The translations under genes and the position numbers were made by a program. Shown piece by piece: positions 51,804 through 55,616 of a stretch of DNA of 55,616 bases. Source of the DNA: Gammaproteobacteria bacterium (GTDB taxonomy: Bacteria; Pseudomonadota; Gammaproteobacteria; UBA9214); assembly GCA_029864225.1 (NCBI GenBank), contig JAOTTU010000001.1:1-55616 (forward strand). The letters run 5' to 3'. Under the pieces are notes generated by a model. It was not told the origin of the DNA. It saw only the letters and a list, made by a program, of their open reading frames with translations, and made no database searches. Every line of letters begins with the position of its first letter. Positions within the stretch are counted from its first letter, which is position 1.

Positions 51804-52663
51804 TCCGCCTGACCCGTCCCTTGCCGGTCCAGCCATAACCTTGTTGGTGGCATAAAATGCACGACACCTTCCAGCACCCCGGCGCTGTAATTGCCGTTCA
51901 TTCCGAGCAAGCCGCCAACGGCCAGGTAGAGTCGGCTGGAATTGCCCAGTGCAGCGGCCTGCTGCTGTGCGGCAGCGCGCACCTCGGCACTGGCATTCGC
52001 TACCAGCACCGCCGGGATGGCGCTGGACAACACCGCCAGGTCATTGCCACTGTCCCCGGCAAACACCGTGTTCGTATACGAGAACCTGCAATGCTGCATG
52101 AGAAATTCCACGGCATGCAGCTTGTTGGCCCGTGCGGGCAGCACATCCAGCAAACCTATCCCGGCCGGTTCGTCGACACTCCACACCAGGCTGGCATTGA
52201 CATGGTGCTTCACCAGGCACTGCCGGACATCATCAAGCAATGCAACCTGGTCGACATCCAGCGGTACGTAATAGCTCAACTTGTGAATATTCTGTTTTGC
52301 CGTTTCCTGTAGCCGCAGCAGCCGGTTGCCCGCCAGCAGCGCACTGATATCGGCGTGCTCCAGCCCGGCCCAGTCAGGTGCGATTTCTGCCTGCCAGGCC
52401 TGCTGCAGATGCCAGCCGTTTTGCGTCACTTCGAAGATCGTGGTACCCACATCCCCGATGACAAAATCAGGCCGCGGCAGGCGATAATTGGCAATCGCCT
52501 GTTCCACCAGTTCCCGGTGCCTGCCGGTCACATACACCAGCACCACTCCCGGCCGCGACACAAACCGGGCGAACCGCGCCCGCGCATCGGGCGATTCCGG
52601 CTGCGGACCGTTGGGCAGCAACGTGCGGTCGAGATCGGAACACAGCAGCAGCCGGGCCGTCAT
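51800..52663 (-). CDS. Sucrose-phosphate phosphatase (HAD-IIB)
   Basis: 287-aa ORF with HAD motif I LLCSDLDRTLL. ATGA overlap with the sps stop. Confidence 0.8.
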   Translation of the reverse strand: MTARLLLCSDLDRTLLPNGPQPESPDARARFARFVSRPGVVLVYVTGRHRELVEQAIANYRLPRPDFVIGDVGTTIFEVTQNGWHLQQAWQAEIAPDWAGLEHADISALLAGNRLLRLQETAKQNIHKLSYYVPLDVDQVALLDDVRQCLVKHHVNASLVWSVDEPAGIGLLDVLPARANKLHAVEFLMQHCRFSYTNTVFAGDSGNDLAVLSSAIPAVLVANASAEVRAAAQQQAAALGNSSRLYLAVGGLLGMNGNYSAGVLEGVVHFMPPTRLWLDRQGTGQAE

Positions 52664-54810
52664 GTCCGGGGCACATTGCAGTTGTGGAAGAATCTGTAGT
52701 GCTCGATCGCCTCGAGTATGCCCGCTGCATACGGCTGGGTAGCGAAATAGATGTGTTCAACATCGGCCAGCGCCGAGAGTTCCTCGTGGTGACGATTGGC
52801 CACGACCACCGCCATGGTGTTGCCGCGCATCATGTCCTCGTCGGCACCGGAACCGCCCGCCACCAGGATATGCTCCAGCGGGATCTCCCACTGGTCGGCA
52901 AACCAGCGCAGGGCAAAGCCCTTTGATGCCCGGACCGGGACGATATCGAGGAACTGGCCGAAGGAGAGGAACACCGAAACCGTCTGTTCGTGCTGGTGCA
53001 GCAGGCTGTTAATCTCATCCAGGCCGGGCGCATGGTTAGGATCGATGTAGTAGCTGATCTTGAACCGGCTTTGTTCGGTTTTGGGCTGCAGCTTGATGCC
53101 CGGGAGATCGGCGAGAACCCGCATCACTGCCCGCAGATTCCAGAGATGGTCAATATGCCGCACCCAGGCATAGTCTGCGGTCAGGCGCGGCGCATAGTGG
53201 ATTTCCGTGCCCAGGCTGGTAATCAGCACATCCGGTTGCGGAATACCGTATTGCTTCATAACCCGCAACGCCATGTCCAGCCGGCGCCCCGTGGCAATCC
53301 CGAAGGTCGCGCATTTCCGGTTTTCCCTCACCACGTTGATGAAACTCGCCAGGGACTTGGGATCTGTCAGCAGGTTCTGATCGAGGTCCGAAAAAATCGC
53401 CCGGTCGTGATACAGCGATGGCCGCCCAGCCAGCGGAGGACGCACCGGCGGTTCGGCCCGCGCCACCAGGGCATGCAGTGCATCGAGGTATTGATCGACA
53501 TGAGCCTGCCACGAATAGTGGCGCCTGACTCCGTCAAGACCGCTGTCCGCCAGCGATTGCCAGGTTTTTGAATCACTGAGGATCTTTAACAGTGCCTTCT
53601 CGATGGCGGACCTGTCCAGCGGGTCGACCAGATAACCGTTGTGGCAATTGCCGATGATATCCCGCGGCCCCCCATCCTCCGTGGCGACGATCGGCAGGCC
53701 GCTGGCCGCCGCTTCGATGAGCGTCAGGCCAAACGGTTCGGTCAGCGCCGGATTGATAAACACCCCGTGAGAAGCGGCGGCCAGCCGGTACAGGTCCGGG
53801 ACATCGCTAGACTGATGCTGCTTGGGATAGGCCACCTTGCCATACAAGTCATACTGGTCAATGGTCAGCAGCAGGTCGGTCAGGACCTCCTGCTGTCGGC
53901 TCCCCATTTCACGGATATCATTCCGGGTACCGGCAACGATCACCAGGTTGGCGGCCTGTTGCAAGGCAGCGGATTCGCCATAGACCTCCAGCAGTGTGCC
54001 CAGGTTCTTGCGCGCATCCGGACGCGACAGCGCCAGGATGACCGGCTTGTCCGGCTGGCTGAGGAAACGCGCCAGTTCGCGCCGCATCGGGCTGTCCTGT
54101 TCACTGCCGTCCGGCGGGAAAAACAGATCCAGTTCCGTGCCGGGGGGGATGACTGTCATCTGCTCCGGCTGGTAGTAATTGTAGAGCCCGTATTGCTCCT
54201 CGATTTCCTGGTGGGTACTGGTAATGACCAGTTCAGCCGCGCCCAGCACATCCTCCTCAACCTCGATGCGGCGGGAGATATTGTAGCTGCGCTCGATAGC
54301 ATCGCGCTTCAGGCCACTGGCCAGCAAGCGCTGGCGCTTGACCCGACCCAGGGAGTGGCCGGTATGCACCAGCGGGATGCCCAGCAGGCTCGACAGTCGG
54401 ATGCCCACATAACCGGCATCCGCATAGTGGCTGTGAATGATATCCGGGGTGAGCCGGTGCTCGCGGATGTAGCTCAGGGCATTGTCTGCAAAGCTGTCCA
54501 GGCAATCCCACAATTGCTCCTTGGGGATGTAGGCATCTTCACCGCACTCGATGCGGACAATGCTGACTTTAGCGGTGAGGCGTTCATGCTGGCGGGCATA
54601 ATCCGAGCTGACAGACGAGTCCAGCACCCGCCGGGTCAGCAGGTCCACCCGCGCGACGTCGTCCCGCTCACCCAGGGTGCGGGCAAGCTCCACGACGTAG
54701 CGGATCTGGCCACCGGTGTCATCATCACGGCCCAGTTCCAGCTCATGTCCACGGATCAGACCATGAATACTGAGCAGGACCAGATGCAGCCCTTTGGTAG
54801 TGGTGGACAT
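52660..54810 (-). CDS. Sucrose-phosphate synthase with C-terminal SPP-like HAD domain
   Basis: 716-aa ORF; GLIRGHELELGRDDDTGGQIRYVVELARTLG, GT-B core, EPFGLTLIEAAASGLP. The C-terminal ~250 aa is HAD-like and starts with IFSDLDQNLL. Confidence 0.88.
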   Translation of the reverse strand: MSTTTKGLHLVLLSIHGLIRGHELELGRDDDTGGQIRYVVELARTLGERDDVARVDLLTRRVLDSSVSSDYARQHERLTAKVSIVRIECGEDAYIPKEQLWDCLDSFADNALSYIREHRLTPDIIHSHYADAGYVGIRLSSLLGIPLVHTGHSLGRVKRQRLLASGLKRDAIERSYNISRRIEVEEDVLGAAELVITSTHQEIEEQYGLYNYYQPEQMTVIPPGTELDLFFPPDGSEQDSPMRRELARFLSQPDKPVILALSRPDARKNLGTLLEVYGESAALQQAANLVIVAGTRNDIREMGSRQQEVLTDLLLTIDQYDLYGKVAYPKQHQSSDVPDLYRLAAASHGVFINPALTEPFGLTLIEAAASGLPIVATEDGGPRDIIGNCHNGYLVDPLDRSAIEKALLKILSDSKTWQSLADSGLDGVRRHYSWQAHVDQYLDALHALVARAEPPVRPPLAGRPSLYHDRAIFSDLDQNLLTDPKSLASFINVVRENRKCATFGIATGRRLDMALRVMKQYGIPQPDVLITSLGTEIHYAPRLTADYAWVRHIDHLWNLRAVMRVLADLPGIKLQPKTEQSRFKISYYIDPNHAPGLDEINSLLHQHEQTVSVFLSFGQFLDIVPVRASKGFALRWFADQWEIPLEHILVAGGSGADEDMMRGNTMAVVVANRHHEELSALADVEHIYFATQPYAAGILEAIEHYRFFHNCNVPRT

Positions 54811-54859
54811 GTCCGTCAGGCCCTTTTCCTGGCTTTGGGTGAAACTATCACAGGGCGGC

Positions 54860-54888
54860 AGGATAACAATAATAATTATTTAAATCAA
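54860..54888 (-). promoter_or_regulatory. Candidate sigma70 promoter of the sucrose operon
   Basis: Minus strand reads TTGATT-N17-TATCCT inside the only AT-rich stretch upstream of sps. Pattern match only. Confidence 0.25.
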
Positions 54889-54940
54889 TATGATATGTGA
54901 GTATGGCAAAAATACCGGCGGCGCTGTTATGGCCCCCGAC

Positions 54941-54969
54941 TTGCGGGTAGTGGGGCAAACTGCTATAAA
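54941..54969 (+). promoter_or_regulatory. Candidate sigma70 promoter of rpmB-rpmG
   Basis: TTGCGG-N17-TATAAA, about 48 nt upstream of the rpmB ATG. Pattern match only. Confidence 0.4.
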
Positions 54970-55016
54970 AGCGCGCTCATTTTTACAATGCCAGCAGGCA
55001 AACAGGAATTTCAGTC

Positions 55017-55253
55017 ATGTCCAGAGTCTGTCAGGTCACGGGAAAGTGTCCGCAAAGCGGCAACAACGTGTCCCACGCCAACAACAGAACCCGCCGTCGT
55101 TTTCTGCCGAATCTGCATGATCACCGCTTCTGGGTGGCCGGAGAAAACCGCTGGATCAAGCTGCGCGTCTCCGCCAAGGGCATGCGTATCATCGATAAAC
55201 TGGGCATTGACACCGTGCTGGCCGACATCCGTTCCCGCGGCGAGAAGGTCTAG
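55017..55253 (+). CDS. rpmB: 50S ribosomal protein L28
   Basis: 78-aa ORF; [10 protein letters not shown]...[16 protein letters not shown] is the canonical L28 pattern. Confidence 0.97.
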   Translation: MSRVCQVTGKCPQSGNNVSHANNRTRRRFLPNLHDHRFWVAGENRWIKLRVSAKGMRIIDKLGIDTVLADIRSRGEKV

Positions 55254-55264
55254 GAGCAACCGAC

Positions 55265-55420
55265 ATGCGTGACAAAATCAAGCTCGTCTCCAGTGCCGGT
55301 ACCGGGCACTACTACACCACGACCAAGAACAAGCGCAACATGCCGGAAAAAATGGAAATCAAGAAGTTCGACCCGGTGGTCCGCAAGCACGTGTTGTACA
55401 AGGAAGCCAAGATCAAGTAA
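55265..55420 (+). CDS. rpmG: 50S ribosomal protein L33
   Basis: Below the ORF-track size cutoff. My translation gives [51 protein letters not shown] (51 aa), with TAA at 55418-55420. Confidence 0.95.
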   Translation: MRDKIKLVSSAGTGHYYTTTKNKRNMPEKMEIKKFDPVVRKHVLYKEAKIK

Positions 55421-55442
55421 ACAACCGGCTCGCCTGAATCAC

Positions 55443-55469
55443 AAAAAACCCGGCAGCGCCGGGTTTTTT
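55443..55469 (+). terminator. Rho-independent terminator after rpmG
   Basis: AAAAAACCCGGC-agc-GCCGGGTTTTTT. Confidence 0.85.
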
Positions 55470-55494
55470 ATTGGCTGTATTCAATTAGAAGCTG

Positions 55495-55529
55495 TTTCAC
55501 CGCAGAGACGCGGAGGACGCAGAGAAACC
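55495..55529 (+). repeat. REP-like element, AGAGACGC flavour (copy D1)
   Basis: TTTCACCGCAGAGACGCGGAGGACGCAGAGAAACC. Confidence 0.85.
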
Positions 55530-55540
55530 AATAAAAATCT

Positions 55541-55583
55541 TTCACCGCAAAGGCGCAAAGGGCGCAAAGGGCGCAAAGAAAAG
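55541..55583 (+). repeat. REP-like element, AAAGGCGC flavour with one extra unit (copy D2)
   Basis: TTCACCGCAAAGGCGCAAAGGGCGCAAAGGGCGCAAAGAAAAG. Confidence 0.85.
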
Positions 55584-55616
55584 ATAATAATTGTTAACAA
55601 CTTTCAACCATTCGCC

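Overview
GC-rich, gene-dense chromosomal segment of a gammaproteobacterium. Central-carbon and sucrose genes suggest a marine or halotolerant autotroph or methylotroph-like lifestyle; this is inference and the taxon was not verified. I support 50 CDS and find no rRNA, tRNA, CRISPR array, IS element, integrase or phage genes. Left to right: (1) a minus-strand Calvin/glycolytic string tkt-gap-pgk-pyk-fba, with fba running off the left edge; (2) a thioredoxin-fold gene, then metK-ahcY-metF and bioA-rsmE; (3) a Pil-Chp twitching chemosensory cluster, pilG-pilH-pilI-pilJ-chpA-chpC, with no CheR/CheB genes; (4) gshB, an apbE / NusG-domain-II / Gx-transporter trio, then tonB-yqgE-ruvX-pyrR-pyrB-pyrC' and a PyrK-like reductase; (5) pilU-pilT, proC-yggT-DUF4426-ampG, a small Arg-rich ORF, xthA, pyrE, tauE and a DUF4124 gene; (6) argB-algC-dut-coaBC and radC; (7) a four-gene sucrose operon sps-spp-frk-susy; (8) rpmB-rpmG. 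Gene order closely follows two core blocks I know from Pseudomonas and E. coli (gshB..pilG..chpA / tonB..pyrBC' / pilTU..proC..yggT, and argB-algC-dut-coaBC-radC-rpmBG). This makes the insertions stand out: the sucrose operon between radC and rpmB, and the apbE trio between gshB and tonB. I do not see a clear multi-gene novel system such as a defence island. The most unusual items are: an 888-aa AlgC whose PMM/PGM domain carries a ~435-aa membrane-anchored, sensor-like N-terminal extension; the apbE/NusG_II/Gx module with no flavinylation substrate nearby; the inserted sucrose operon with ATGA-coupled junctions; a two-flavour REP-like repeat family (10 copies at 4 loci); and a structured, terminator-capped ~230-nt region with GGA motifs upstream of tkt. 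Many ORF-track starts were trimmed to internal starts, using homologous N-termini I recall, RBS context and neighbouring stop codons.
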